Part shown: one piece after another, positions 1-9,835 of the stretch
Layout: each line of letters starts with the position of its first letter
Numbering within the stretch: position 1 is the first letter of the stretch
Source of the DNA: an uncultured bacterium
GTDB lineage: Bacteria > Fidelibacterota > Marinisomatia > Marinisomatales > UBA1611
DNA: 29,709 nt
Reading direction: 5' to 3'
NCBI GenBank assembly: GCA_965660855.1
Contig: CBFIBM010000017.1
Coordinates: forward strand, 1-29,709
Program-made: the position numbers and the translations under genes
The notes under the pieces: generated by a model
Seen by the model: the letters and a program-made list of their open reading frames with translations, nothing else
Databases searched by the model: none
What the model was told of the DNA's origin: nothing

Positions 1-2168
1 GTTGGGATATTCAATGTCATCCTTCCTCCAAACCCTGCACCTCTAGACTTTCCATCTCCATCTACATTATCACCCTTCTGTTCAGCATTCCAACCCCATC
101 CCCAAATCATTATACTGGCAATAGGTATAGGACGATACATAATATTTGCACTAAAATTTTGACTTACCGAATTATCTGCATTACCTGCACTCATTACTTC
201 ATACGAAGTTGTGTCAAAAGTAATATATTTTCTATCCCAATACATGATTACATCTTCAGTATTTTTGTATGAAGTGGATAAGTTCAAATTTAGTTTTCTA
301 GAGTTGCTGGAAAATGATAATTCCATTACATCACTATATTCCGGTTTAAGAAAAGGATTTCCATTTCTTAGTCGTGTAATATCTTGTGTATTGTTGGGGA
401 AAGGACTAATGGTTCTTCTTGTTGGCCTATTCACTTTTTTTGAATACCCAAATTGAATGGTTTGTCTTTCAGTAAGATTATAAAGTAGAAATGCGCTAGG
501 ATAGATTTTGAAATAATTCTTATTAAATGGAGATTCTTCAATTCCATTATCAAAAAGTTGAGTAAGGACATTACTCGTATCTATATTCTCAACTACTTCT
601 TTATCTAGTTTTGCGAAGGTTTCAACTTGTTCAGTACGAGCCCCAAATTTAAAACCAAATCGATCGGTAAAATTATATCTAGTTACGAGATATGCTGCAT
701 AAATATCTTCTTCATAATCATTTCCGTAGGTCCTTCCTAGGTAATCCATATCTTTCTTAAAATCTCGAATGGTAGCTTTCGCTCCAATTTCATATCCAAA
801 ATTTTCTCCGTAAATATTTTCATAATCAATCGCAGCTGTTAAATTGTTATTATCTTCAAATGCTTTTGTTAAACTTCCAAAAGCATTTGCACCATTTTCA
901 GAGTTCATTTCACCAGACTCAAGTACATCATCTGTTTCATAGGAATAGCTAACAAAGGCTTTTAATAATTGTGCTTTTGAGTCATATTTATTTTCATATG
1001 ATATAACATGATCCATGTGTATCCCATCATCCGTTTCATTTGTTATCAAGATTCCTTCTAAATCTGGATTAATCGTATTGATTTCATAATCAAATTCATT
1101 CCGTTCCTTCTCAAAATGTTGAGAAATATCAAAGGTATATCCAAGAGTGCTAGATTTTGAGGGGTAGTAATCTCCGCCTAACCTTAAACCAAAATCCTTG
1201 GGTGTTTTTACACGTTTAGTATTGGTATAAACAGAATCTGTAAATGTAGGATAAATATAACCAAACTCTCTACGTCCATCACCAACTTGATCTCCTGTAC
1301 TATAATTAAGATTTGTAAAAATATTAATGCCATCAGTTCTATAGTTCAGGTTACCATTATAGTTTTGTTTATTATATTCACCTTGCAAAGTTGAAACTGT
1401 ACCATTAAAACCATCATAAGAGCCTCGTTTCAAAACAATATTTATTATTCCTCCAACTCCATCCGGATCATATTTCGCAGAGGGATTTGTTATAACTTCA
1501 ATTTTTTCAATCATAGAAGCAGCAATATTATCAACTTCACCACGTCTACCACTTCCTGTTCTTCCACTTCGTTTTCCATCAATTAAAATTGTAACATTTG
1601 CATCACCTGCAATTGAAACAACTCCATCAATATCAACATCAACAGAGGGTACTTTTCTTAATACATCTGACCCATTACCACCAGAACTAGAAAGGTCTCT
1701 TCCAACATTAAATATTTTTTTATCAATAGTTTGTATAAAAGTGCTTTCATCTCCAATTACTTGAACTGCACTCATATTTACCGCAGAAATATTTAATGCT
1801 ACTTTGCCAAAGTTTTGTCGGATAGCACCGCTAGATCCAGGGAATAAATTTATGGGACTTATTTCTTTTTTTTCATATCCTATATACTCTATCACTGCTG
1901 CATATTTACCTAAAGGTATTTCTTCAATAAATAGAATTCCATCTTTATTAGTTAAACCACCTGTAACTAGATCATTAGTTTCTAAGTCTACCAAAGAGAC
2001 TGATGCATATTCAATGGGTTTTGATGTTGAAGAATCAATAATAACGCCTTGTAAAACTCCAATAGCTGGCATTGCTGGTTTATGTTTATGATCTTTATGA
2101 GCCTGAATAGAGGACACACTTAAAACAAAAAGCAAAGGGAAAGAAATATTTTTTTCAAAATTAGACAT
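1..2168 (-). CDS. TonB-dependent receptor / outer-membrane beta-barrel family protein, 3' end runs off the window
   Basis: Not in the ORF track because it has no stop inside the window. ATG at 2168 with GGAG just upstream. Manual translation: signal peptide MSNFEKNISFPLLFVLSVSSIQA; carboxypeptidase-regulatory-like domain (GVIIDSSTSKPIEYASV...IGYEKK); plug (DVLRKVPSVDVDIDG...IEKIEVITNPSAKYDPDGVGGIINIVLK); barrel motifs (YPSAFL, VNRP, GNPFLKPE). Confidence 0.93.
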   Translation of the reverse strand, partial: MSNFEKNISFPLLFVLSVSSIQAHKDHKHKPAMPAIGVLQGVIIDSSTSKPIEYASVSLVDLETNDLVTGGLTNKDGILFIEEIPLGKYAAVIEYIGYEKKEISPINLFPGSSGAIRQNFGKVALNISAVNMSAVQVIGDESTFIQTIDKKIFNVGRDLSSSGGNGSDVLRKVPSVDVDIDGVVSIAGDANVTILIDGKRSGRTGSGRRGEVDNIAASMIEKIEVITNPSAKYDPDGVGGIINIVLKRGSYDGFNGTVSTLQGEYNKQNYNGNLNYRTDGINIFTNLNYSTGDQVGDGRREFGYIYPTFTDSVYTNTKRVKTPKDFGLRLGGDYYPSKSSTLGYTFDISQHFEKERNEFDYEINTINPDLEGILITNETDDGIHMDHVISYENKYDSKAQLLKAFVSYSYETDDVLESGEMNSENGANAFGSLTKAFEDNNNLTAAIDYENIYGENFGYEIGAKATIRDFKKDMDYLGRTYGNDYEEDIYAAYLVTRYNFTDRFGFKFGARTEQVETFAKLDKEVVENIDTSNVLTQLFDNGIEESPFNKNYFKIYPSAFLLYNLTERQTIQFGYSKKVNRPTRRTISPFPNNTQDITRLRNGNPFLKPEYSDVMELSFSSNSRKLNLNLSTSYKNTEDVIMYWDRKYITFDTTSYEVMSAGNADNSVSQNFSANIMYRPIPIASIMIWGWGWNAEQKGDNVDGDGKSRGAGFGGRMTLNIP

Positions 2169-2293
2169 CGATACTCCAATAAAAGATAATAAAAAGTGCA
2201 AATAATTTTGGTTTTATAAATTATTTTAGTAACTAATCACCTATAAATTTAGTCAAATAATGGAGATCAATTAAGTTACATTTATACATTAAT

Positions 2294-3349
2294 TTAACGA
2301 GTTTGTTCCCACTTTATATCCATTGTATGGTACGCTGCTTTTTGACCATTTTTAATTTCAACTGAAAGAATAAAGGGTGCAGTTTGACCTGGTTCTAAAG
2401 CAGTATCGGAAACAACATTTGTTCTATATGTAATCTTTTTCCCTTTGACAAAAATAGAGTCTAATCCAGATGTTTTCGTTGTTTGATCAAAGAGTGTGCA
2501 AAATACTCTAACAAAGTCAGCTCTTACATCTCCAACATTTTTAACTTTCCCAGAAAAAATATGTCTATCTGGATATTTATCTATAAATGGATCTCCAATA
2601 AAAACAACTTTAGGGCCTGGTTTTTTAAGCTCCTCCATTCGAATAACCATTTCTTTTTTTAATACTAACTTGCCAATCTGTGTATCGAGAATGAGTGTCG
2701 AATCTGACTCTTGAATCAAATCTCCTGAGACTACAGTTCCATTTTGTAATTCGACGCGGTGTTGGAAGGAAGGAATTTTAATAACATCTAAAATTTTTTC
2801 ACTAAGAATGGGCATCGTTTGCCCTTTTTGATATCCTTTAACAACACTTTTCAATGAATCTATTTCTTCTTTTAAAGCATTTAAATTTGTTTCATAATCA
2901 AAAAAAAGTTCTTCAAATTTTAAATTTTTATCATTTTGTACTTTTCTTTGATCAGGAAGTTTTTCATTTTTAATGAATTGGTTGAGGTCTAGGTCATCAT
3001 CGACTAATTCTTTGACAGGTAAATCAGAATTTAATTTAATTGTAAAGTCTAAATCTTTTCCAAGTAAATTAAATTTCTTTTCACCATCTCCTTCACTTTT
3101 ATGTTCAGCAAGTAAAGTATAAGATCCTGCTTTTAATTTCTTGAAAGAATATTGACCATTTTTATTTGTTTTACCATCTTTAATTTTTTCACCATCTTTA
3201 TCTAAAAGGACAACTCGAGACTTCTTAATCCCAGATCCATCCTGATTTATTATTGTAACAGTAACAACGAACTCTTTTTTTCGTTTTGCTTTCATATCAA
3301 CAGCAAATAATGTATTTATAATTAAGATAAATGATAAAAATTTATTCAT
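2294..3349 (-). CDS. Exported hypothetical protein: carboxypeptidase-regulatory-like Ig domain, coiled coil, small beta domain, C-terminal FxLYD-like Ig domain
   Basis: The ORF track starts at 3427, but ATG 3349 (MNKFLSFILIINTLFA, a signal peptide; GAGAG upstream; overlaps the upstream stop) is more likely. Motifs: TNKNGQYSFKKLKAGSYTL and SGKVKNVG...VFCTLFD...LEPGQTAPF. Confidence 0.8.
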   Translation of the reverse strand: MNKFLSFILIINTLFAVDMKAKRKKEFVVTVTIINQDGSGIKKSRVVLLDKDGEKIKDGKTNKNGQYSFKKLKAGSYTLLAEHKSEGDGEKKFNLLGKDLDFTIKLNSDLPVKELVDDDLDLNQFIKNEKLPDQRKVQNDKNLKFEELFFDYETNLNALKEEIDSLKSVVKGYQKGQTMPILSEKILDVIKIPSFQHRVELQNGTVVSGDLIQESDSTLILDTQIGKLVLKKEMVIRMEELKKPGPKVVFIGDPFIDKYPDRHIFSGKVKNVGDVRADFVRVFCTLFDQTTKTSGLDSIFVKGKKITYRTNVVSDTALEPGQTAPFILSVEIKNGQKAAYHTMDIKWEQTR

Positions 3350-4475
3350 GTTCTCTCTTAGAAAAATGTGCTTTATACGCCATCCTACGAACAAGCTCCG
3401 CATTTTTCTTTTCTTCACCAAGTTCATAAACCATATCTATGATGTTATCATAAAATATATAATTTTTCTTTTTTTCTAAAAGAGGTAAGAGGTCTATAAT
3501 TACGCCGGGGTCGTTAAATGCAGAAAGATTGTTAATTGCTTTTTTACGTATATCATTAGGATAGTCTCTACTTTTTGCTATTTCTAACACAGCTGTTTTT
3601 ACTTCGGGATCATCAAATTCACCTAAAGCTGCAAGCATTGTATTCAATAAACTATAATATTGGGTTTTCCCAGAATTATAGGTATTGAGAAGGGCAATCA
3701 CGAGGTTTTCTTCTTTTACACCTTTCATTGTATTGATAGCAAACTCTCTTACCTCAAGATTCGTGTTAGGATCTCCTAATAATTCTGCAAAAGCTATCGC
3801 AACTTCATTAGGGTTCTTTTTACCGAGAATTTCAACAGCTTTATTTCGGACACCGATATTTATTTTTGGATCTTTTGCAATGGATGTTAAAACAGGTACT
3901 ACTTGGCTTGTTCCTATCGCACCTAAAGTTTCTGTTAAAAGTTTTTCTGTTCGGGACATATTACTTTTGGCTACTTCATATAAGTCTAAAAGTGCAAGTA
4001 TTTGATCTTTGGTTCTAACTCTATTGAGGTTTTTAACTAATGAGATATGGGTTTCGTTAGTTTTCTCTTCCATTTTATGCATGGATCTAATCAAGGCATC
4101 TGCGGCTTTAGGGTTTTCACTAAACATACCAAGCATATTGATTGATTCATTTAAAAGAGTGTAGTCTAAGGCAGTTGTAGTTGCAACCATTTCTGATATT
4201 GCATGCAAGGCTCTGGGATGTTGTGTATTTGCTAGGGTCTTCCCAGCGGCAACGCGTAGTTTTGGGTGAAGATTTGAGTTTTCATAAACTTCAATTAATT
4301 CATCTAAGGCTTTTAAATTTCCTTCTCGATACTCACTTTTTAATTCTTGTACTCTATTTAAAAAATCAGGATCATTTGGATCGCTTATAGATTTTTTCCC
4401 AAGCAAGCTCATTAAAGTAGAACATCCTTGAAAAATAAAAAAGCTGCTTAAAATAATTATAATATGCTTATTCAA
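3342..4475 (-). CDS. HEAT-repeat (PBS-lyase-like) lipoprotein
   Basis: Lipobox-like FQGC at residues 15-18. Repeated helical HEAT motifs: LRVAAGKTLA, VRNKAVEILG, VREFAINTM, IRKKAINNL. Confidence 0.82.
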   Translation of the reverse strand: MNKHIIIILSSFFIFQGCSTLMSLLGKKSISDPNDPDFLNRVQELKSEYREGNLKALDELIEVYENSNLHPKLRVAAGKTLANTQHPRALHAISEMVATTTALDYTLLNESINMLGMFSENPKAADALIRSMHKMEEKTNETHISLVKNLNRVRTKDQILALLDLYEVAKSNMSRTEKLLTETLGAIGTSQVVPVLTSIAKDPKINIGVRNKAVEILGKKNPNEVAIAFAELLGDPNTNLEVREFAINTMKGVKEENLVIALLNTYNSGKTQYYSLLNTMLAALGEFDDPEVKTAVLEIAKSRDYPNDIRKKAINNLSAFNDPGVIIDLLPLLEKKKNYIFYDNIIDMVYELGEEKKNAELVRRMAYKAHFSKREHE

Positions 4476-5208
4476 TAGATTCCCAGTTTTTTAGTTTAAG
4501 GTCTTCGCCATCAAATATGGCGTATGATGGTCTAAAAAACCAATCTCCTAAAACTACAAGCTTACCTTTCTTTAATTTAAAAAGCTCACCTAAATGGTAA
4601 TGGCCTGTAATCATGTAATCGAAACCTTCTTCAAAATACTCTTCCGCAGAGTTTTTTAGTTCACGCCTAACATCTAAATTAAAATCATCATTATGAGTAT
4701 TATGTTTTCCACTTTTTGAAATGAATTTAGCTATTTTATAAGCAATGGTTGGATGCAACCATTTAAACGTATTTGTAAAGAATCTTGATCGAATTACTTT
4801 TTTCAACAATCGATATCCATGATCCCAGCTCAAGAGTCCATCACCATGTGTTATGAAAATTCTTTTATTATTTATTTTAATTTCTGCATCATTCAAGTAG
4901 GTTTTATTCATTATTTCATTTTTGATAAAATCTCCAATCCAATAATCATGATTGCCGGCTAAAAAGTGAAGATCAATATTTTTTGACCTCATATAAAGTG
5001 CTTTTTGATAAAAATCATTAAATACTTTTGGTATTAAATCTGGATACTCAAAATAAAAGTCAAAAAGATCCCCAACAAAAAAGCATGTTCCTCCGGATTC
5101 AGTTATACTATCTAGCAATCGAAATAGTTTTTGCCTCCGTTCTTCTTCTTTTTTATCAAGATTCAGTTTGAGATGTATATCAGAAATAAAATAAACTGGG
5201 GTTTTCAT
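4468..5208 (-). CDS. lpxH: UDP-2,3-diacylglucosamine diphosphatase (calcineurin-like metallophosphoesterase)
   Basis: Motifs ISDIHL, VGDLFD, AGNHDYW, THGD, GHYH, LGDW. Start is ATG 5208 or GTG 5214. Confidence 0.85.
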   Translation of the reverse strand: MKTPVYFISDIHLKLNLDKKEEERRQKLFRLLDSITESGGTCFFVGDLFDFYFEYPDLIPKVFNDFYQKALYMRSKNIDLHFLAGNHDYWIGDFIKNEIMNKTYLNDAEIKINNKRIFITHGDGLLSWDHGYRLLKKVIRSRFFTNTFKWLHPTIAYKIAKFISKSGKHNTHNDDFNLDVRRELKNSAEEYFEEGFDYMITGHYHLGELFKLKKGKLVVLGDWFFRPSYAIFDGEDLKLKNWESIE

Positions 5209-5217
5209 AAACACCTT

Positions 5218-5246
5218 AAATTACCTGCTTCCTTTATAGCGGTCAA
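5218..5246 (-). promoter_or_regulatory. Putative housekeeping promoter for the lpxH operon (TTGACC-N17-TAATTT)
   Basis: Minus strand reads TTGACC (5246-5241), 17 nt, then TAATTT (5223-5218), ending 9 nt before ATG 5208. Confidence 0.5.
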
Positions 5247-5270
5247 GGGCATTGAATTCAAACTTGATAT

Positions 5271-5309
5271 TTGCAATGGTTGACTTCAAAAGGTAAATTG
5301 AACTATAAT
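5271..5309 (+). promoter_or_regulatory. Putative promoter(s) for the Omp85-fusion gene
   Basis: TTGCAA (5271-5276)-N17-TAAATT (5294-5299). Also TTGACT (5280-5285)-N18-TATAAT (5304-5309). Confidence 0.45.
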
Positions 5310-5319
5310 TTAGAAAGTT

Positions 5320-8300
5320 ATGAAACAAATTATTATAATTACACTATTTTTTATATCCTTGATTAATGCTCAGTCGTTTGGTCAAAATAAACTACAGTAT
5401 AGAGATTTTGATTGGAATTATATACAAACTCCACATTTTGATATTTATTATTATGGAGGTGAGCAAGAATTAGCAGAGTTTACAGCAAAAGTTGCAGAAG
5501 ATTCCTATGAACAAATTTCAATTCATTTAAGGTGGGATCTTAAACGGCGCGTATCAATTATGGTTTATAATTCCCATAATGAGTTTCAACAGACAAATGT
5601 AGTTGGTACTTATATGAGAGAAGGGATAGGAGGAGTTACAGAATTATTTAAAAATAGAGTGGTTTTTCCATTTGAAGGAAACTATGAACAATTTAGACAC
5701 GTGATACATCATGAGTTAGTTCATGCGCTGATTAATGATATGGTTTATGGTGGAAGAATGCAGAATGTAATATCGAGTAGGACAAGAATTAGAGTCCCAA
5801 TCTGGTCAAATGAAGGATTAGCAGAATACTTAAGCTCTAACTGGGATACAAAAGCTGATATGGTAATTCGAGATATTGCGGTTCATGAAAGAATGCCTTC
5901 TATAAAAGAGTTAAACTATTTTATGGCTTATAAAGGAGGTCAATCTTTATGGCGTTTTATTACTGGGAAATATGGTAGAGAAAAAGTTGGTGATGTTTTT
6001 CGTTCTATGAAAAAAACTCAAAATGATGAAAAAGGATACGAAGCAGCATTAGGAATGAATTATGATGAATTAACAAAACAATGGCACAAATACTTGAAAA
6101 AAGAATATTGGCCAGACGTTGATAATAGGGATCCAATTGAAGATATCTCTGAAAGATTAACAGATCATAAAAAAGAAAGAAATTTTTATAATGTAAGTCC
6201 TGCTATCTCTCCGGATGGAAGTATGGTTGCTGTGTTATCTGATGAAAATGGTTATTTTGATATAGAAATTCTTGATGCTAATACAGGTAAAAAAATCAAG
6301 AAACTTGTGAAAGGTAATAGGTCTGTAAATTTTGAAGAATTAAAGTGGCTACAACCGGGTTTATCATGGTCGCCTGACAATAAAAAAATAGTTGTTGCCG
6401 CAAAAGCAGGGAGGAGTGATGTTTTACATATTATAGATGTTGAAACAACAAAATCAGATAAGTATGAGTTGAATATTGATGGTGTTTTCTCTGCTTCATG
6501 GAGCCCGAAAGGAAATGAAATTGCCTTCGTTGGTCAAAAAGGTAACTCAAGTGATATTTATGTATTTGATATTGACACAAAACAAGAAAGAAAAGTTACA
6601 AATGATATCTTTACAGATTCATATCCTTCATGGAATTCTGATGGTAATGAGATCGTATTCGTCTCAGATAGAGGCCAATATATTGATGGTAAATACAATG
6701 GGGTTATGTCAACTCACGACTACAAACAGACGGATATATATATAACAAATACTACGACTGGAATTATAAGAAGAGTTACTAATACTGACTATAATGAATC
6801 TCATCCAGTTTGGGCAAATGAAGAAAATACAATTTTTTATACGGCAGATTATAATGGAGTATGGAATTTATTTTTACATCCGTTGGATTCAGCCACTGAT
6901 TCATATCCAATAACTAATGTGCTAACGGGATTGCAACAACCTACAATATCAAAAGATAATAGTATGATAATTTTTGCAGGATATGCAAACATAGGTTGGG
7001 ATTTATATAGTATGTCTAATCCTTTAGATTTAAAGAGGAAAATTATTGAGCCAACTCAATTTATTAAAAACAAAGATTTAGATAACGATGAAATTGTTGA
7101 TCTCAGGGAGCATAAATCAAATTTGAAAAAAAATGAAATAGGTCAATATAGTAATTGGATTTTTGCTAGAGGTTACGACTATCAAAATAAAACATATAGT
7201 GATATAGATAATTCAGAGAGTATCGTTCAAATTGATACAACAAAGATAGATGGTAAGTATATTCCAAAAACTTATAAAACGCGGTTTACTTTAGATTTGG
7301 TCAGCGGGAACCTTCAGATAAGTAATGTTTTTGGTACAAGTGGTATGACATATTTTTCATTCAGCGATATACTTGGTGACCATCAAATTTCATTCGGTAC
7401 TGAGATGGTATTGACATTAGAAAATAGTGATTATTTTTTCCAATATGGGTATCTAAAAAATAAAACAGATTTTTATTTTGCAGCTTTTCAAAATGCAAAT
7501 TTCTTTCAAATTGATTATTTCACTTTAGGTCGATTGAGACATTATGGGTTACAAACATATCTGTCTCAACCATTTAGTCGTTTTCAAAGGATTGACTATG
7601 GTCTTGCTTGGCACAATATTAATTATTCTATTCTTGAACAAAGCATAGATAGTTTTGGACAAACAGAATATAAAACAACAAGCAGTAGAAAATATTCAAC
7701 TCTTTTACCAAGCATAAGTTGGGTTTATGATAATTCTATTTTTGGCTTTACTGGTCCTGTAGATGGTTTGAGGAAAAATACTAAACTAACTGTAAGTCCT
7801 GGTTATGGTTCTAACAAATTAATTTTTCAAACACTGAAATCTGATATTAGAAAGTATTGGAGAATTGGAAAAGATTATACATTTGCTGTTCGCGGATTTT
7901 TTGGAACAAGCTTAGATAAAGATAAACAAAAATTTTTCTTGGGTGGAGTACCTTATTTACTTTCTGGTAGCGGTGAAACAAATGGAAGAAAAGATGGGAG
8001 TAACTTTAGAGAAGTCCTTCTTGATACTACAAACAAAACGTTAATTCATGACTTATACTTCACAGAGTATGCTTGGCCTTTGCGTGGGGCTCGCTTTGCA
8101 GAACGCTTTGGAAGTAACACAGCTTTATTTAATATGGAAATAAGGTTTCCCTTTATTAACTATTTAGCTCTAGGATTTCCTTTGAAAATGATTTTTGGAA
8201 ATATAAGAGGGCACGCTTTTATTGATATAGGAGCAGCTTGGGATAAAACAAATGAATTTAATGATGATAAATGGCCGACAAGGTATGGTGAAAATAATAA

Positions 8301-8454
8301 TCAAAATAGTTTTTCTCCTTGGGTTACAACTACTGGATTAGGTACCAAAATAAATCTTGGATATTTTTTATTAAAAATAGAAGCAGCATGGGATAAAAAG
8401 CAGAATGGTTATTCTAAACCGCAATGGTATTTCTCTTTAGGACCGGACTGGTAA
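5320..8454 (+). CDS. Outer-membrane protein: peptidase MA-like (gluzincin) domain + TolB/PD40 beta-propeller + Omp85/BamA-type barrel
   Basis: Signal peptide; HELVH and WSNEGLAEY zinc-metallopeptidase motifs; PD40 repeats (SPAISPDG, SWSPDN, SWSPKG, PSWNSDG); C-terminal FFLGG...LRG...EIRFP...FIDIGAAW...WYFSLGPDW barrel/beta-signal. Confidence 0.87.
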   Translation: MKQIIIITLFFISLINAQSFGQNKLQYRDFDWNYIQTPHFDIYYYGGEQELAEFTAKVAEDSYEQISIHLRWDLKRRVSIMVYNSHNEFQQTNVVGTYMREGIGGVTELFKNRVVFPFEGNYEQFRHVIHHELVHALINDMVYGGRMQNVISSRTRIRVPIWSNEGLAEYLSSNWDTKADMVIRDIAVHERMPSIKELNYFMAYKGGQSLWRFITGKYGREKVGDVFRSMKKTQNDEKGYEAALGMNYDELTKQWHKYLKKEYWPDVDNRDPIEDISERLTDHKKERNFYNVSPAISPDGSMVAVLSDENGYFDIEILDANTGKKIKKLVKGNRSVNFEELKWLQPGLSWSPDNKKIVVAAKAGRSDVLHIIDVETTKSDKYELNIDGVFSASWSPKGNEIAFVGQKGNSSDIYVFDIDTKQERKVTNDIFTDSYPSWNSDGNEIVFVSDRGQYIDGKYNGVMSTHDYKQTDIYITNTTTGIIRRVTNTDYNESHPVWANEENTIFYTADYNGVWNLFLHPLDSATDSYPITNVLTGLQQPTISKDNSMIIFAGYANIGWDLYSMSNPLDLKRKIIEPTQFIKNKDLDNDEIVDLREHKSNLKKNEIGQYSNWIFARGYDYQNKTYSDIDNSESIVQIDTTKIDGKYIPKTYKTRFTLDLVSGNLQISNVFGTSGMTYFSFSDILGDHQISFGTEMVLTLENSDYFFQYGYLKNKTDFYFAAFQNANFFQIDYFTLGRLRHYGLQTYLSQPFSRFQRIDYGLAWHNINYSILEQSIDSFGQTEYKTTSSRKYSTLLPSISWVYDNSIFGFTGPVDGLRKNTKLTVSPGYGSNKLIFQTLKSDIRKYWRIGKDYTFAVRGFFGTSLDKDKQKFFLGGVPYLLSGSGETNGRKDGSNFREVLLDTTNKTLIHDLYFTEYAWPLRGARFAERFGSNTALFNMEIRFPFINYLALGFPLKMIFGNIRGHAFIDIGAAWDKTNEFNDDKWPTRYGENNNQNSFSPWVTTTGLGTKINLGYFLLKIEAAWDKKQNGYSKPQWYFSLGPDW

Positions 8455-8484
8455 TTTATTTGAACACATCTTTTTATTTTCGAA

Positions 8485-9834
8485 GTGGCAAGTAAAAAAA
8501 CAAAAACAGCATATTTGTGCAGTGCATGTGGTGATGATTTTCCTAAATGGAATGGTCAATGTTTTTCATGTAAAGAATGGGGAACTTTATCAGAGTTTAA
8601 AATTTCAAAAAATAAATCTAGAAACTCTTTTCAACCAAGAGATACAAAGTCTTTAAATGATATTTTAAAAACTAAGGCAGAAGATAGAATTTCATCTGGA
8701 TTAAATGAAGCGGATAGAGTCTTAGGTGGGGGGTTATTACCTGGAAGTCTAATTCTGTTGGGAGGAAACCCTGGGGTAGGGAAGTCAACGTTAGCATTGC
8801 ATATATGCTCTGGAAGTCAAAAGAAGGTTTTGTATGTATCAGCTGAAGAAAGTGAAGAGCAAGTAGCATTAAGAGCTAGAAGAATTAACGTCAACCATGA
8901 TAAGTTATATCTCTCAAGTGAGAATGAGTTAGATGGAATAATAAACCATATAGATCGAGTGGAGCCAGATTTAGTGGTTATTGACTCAATTCAAACCATT
9001 ATGAATACTGGTTTAGATTCTTTGCCAGGGTCTCCAAGTCAAATACGAGACTGTGGGCAAAGGTTATTAGAGGTCTCAAAACATAAAAATGTAATGATCT
9101 TAATCGTGGGACATGTAACGAAAGAAGGTACTATTGCGGGACCAAAAATGCTTGAACATATGGTAGATACGGTTTTGTATATGGAAGGAGATGATCGTTA
9201 TGATCATAGGATTTTAAGATCTGCGAAGAATAGGTTTGGTGCGACGCACGAGGTAGGAATTTTTCAAATGGATGAAAAGGGTCTAAAAGAAGTAGTTAAC
9301 CCAAGTGAAATGTTTTTAGCTGAAAGAAGTATTAGCATTGCTGGAACCACTATTTACCCTTTTTTGGAAGGTACGAGGCCAATCCTTGTTGAAGTACAAG
9401 CTTTAGTTACTAATGCAAATTATGGAAATCCTCAGAGAAATGTTAACGGGTTTGATTTTAAAAGATTGGGAATGTTAATTGCTGTTTTAGAAAAAAGATT
9501 GGGATTAGCTATGGGTACTAAAGATGTTTATGTAAATCTAGTAGGGGGTCTAAAAGTAGATGACCCTGCTGCAGATCTAGCAATTTTATGTTCAACGGCT
9601 TCTAGCATGATGGATAAAGCGATAGATGACAAAGTCATATTATGTGGTGAAGTTGGTTTGGCTGGAGAAATTAGGTCTATTAACAGGATCGAGCAGCGCT
9701 TGAAAGAAGCTGCTACTTTAGGTTTTGAAAGAGCAATCATTCCAAAATCTAATTACACTAAAAGAATAAAAAATATTGAAATTAAAATTAATTTGGTTCA
9801 ATCTGTAAAGGAGGTATTTCGTATATTATTTTGA
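8485..9834 (+). CDS. radA: DNA repair protein RadA/Sms
   Basis: C4 zinc finger (CSAC...CFSC), Walker A GNPGVGKS, KNRFG motif, Lon-like C-terminal domain. GTG start. Confidence 0.97.
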   Translation: MASKKTKTAYLCSACGDDFPKWNGQCFSCKEWGTLSEFKISKNKSRNSFQPRDTKSLNDILKTKAEDRISSGLNEADRVLGGGLLPGSLILLGGNPGVGKSTLALHICSGSQKKVLYVSAEESEEQVALRARRINVNHDKLYLSSENELDGIINHIDRVEPDLVVIDSIQTIMNTGLDSLPGSPSQIRDCGQRLLEVSKHKNVMILIVGHVTKEGTIAGPKMLEHMVDTVLYMEGDDRYDHRILRSAKNRFGATHEVGIFQMDEKGLKEVVNPSEMFLAERSISIAGTTIYPFLEGTRPILVEVQALVTNANYGNPQRNVNGFDFKRLGMLIAVLEKRLGLAMGTKDVYVNLVGGLKVDDPAADLAILCSTASSMMDKAIDDKVILCGEVGLAGEIRSINRIEQRLKEAATLGFERAIIPKSNYTKRIKNIEIKINLVQSVKEVFRILF

Positions 9835-9835
9835 T

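Noticed and set aside
2249..2280. ECF-sigma-like promoter TGTAAC...TGACT on the minus strand upstream of the TBDR
   Set aside because: The 19-nt spacer is longer than the usual ~16 and no ECF sigma gene is in the window, so it cannot be supported.
3350..3427. Track start at 3427 for the 2294 ORF (likewise 19685 and 29692 for their ORFs)
   Set aside because: Downstream ATGs (3349, 19739) give proper signal peptides with short overlaps, and 29692 is an internal Val of a gene that begins outside the window.
211..4390. Plus-strand ORFs 211-456, 1804-2091, 2496-2714, 3685-4005 and 4181-4390
   Set aside because: Antisense shadows of well-supported minus-strand genes, with no recognisable motifs.
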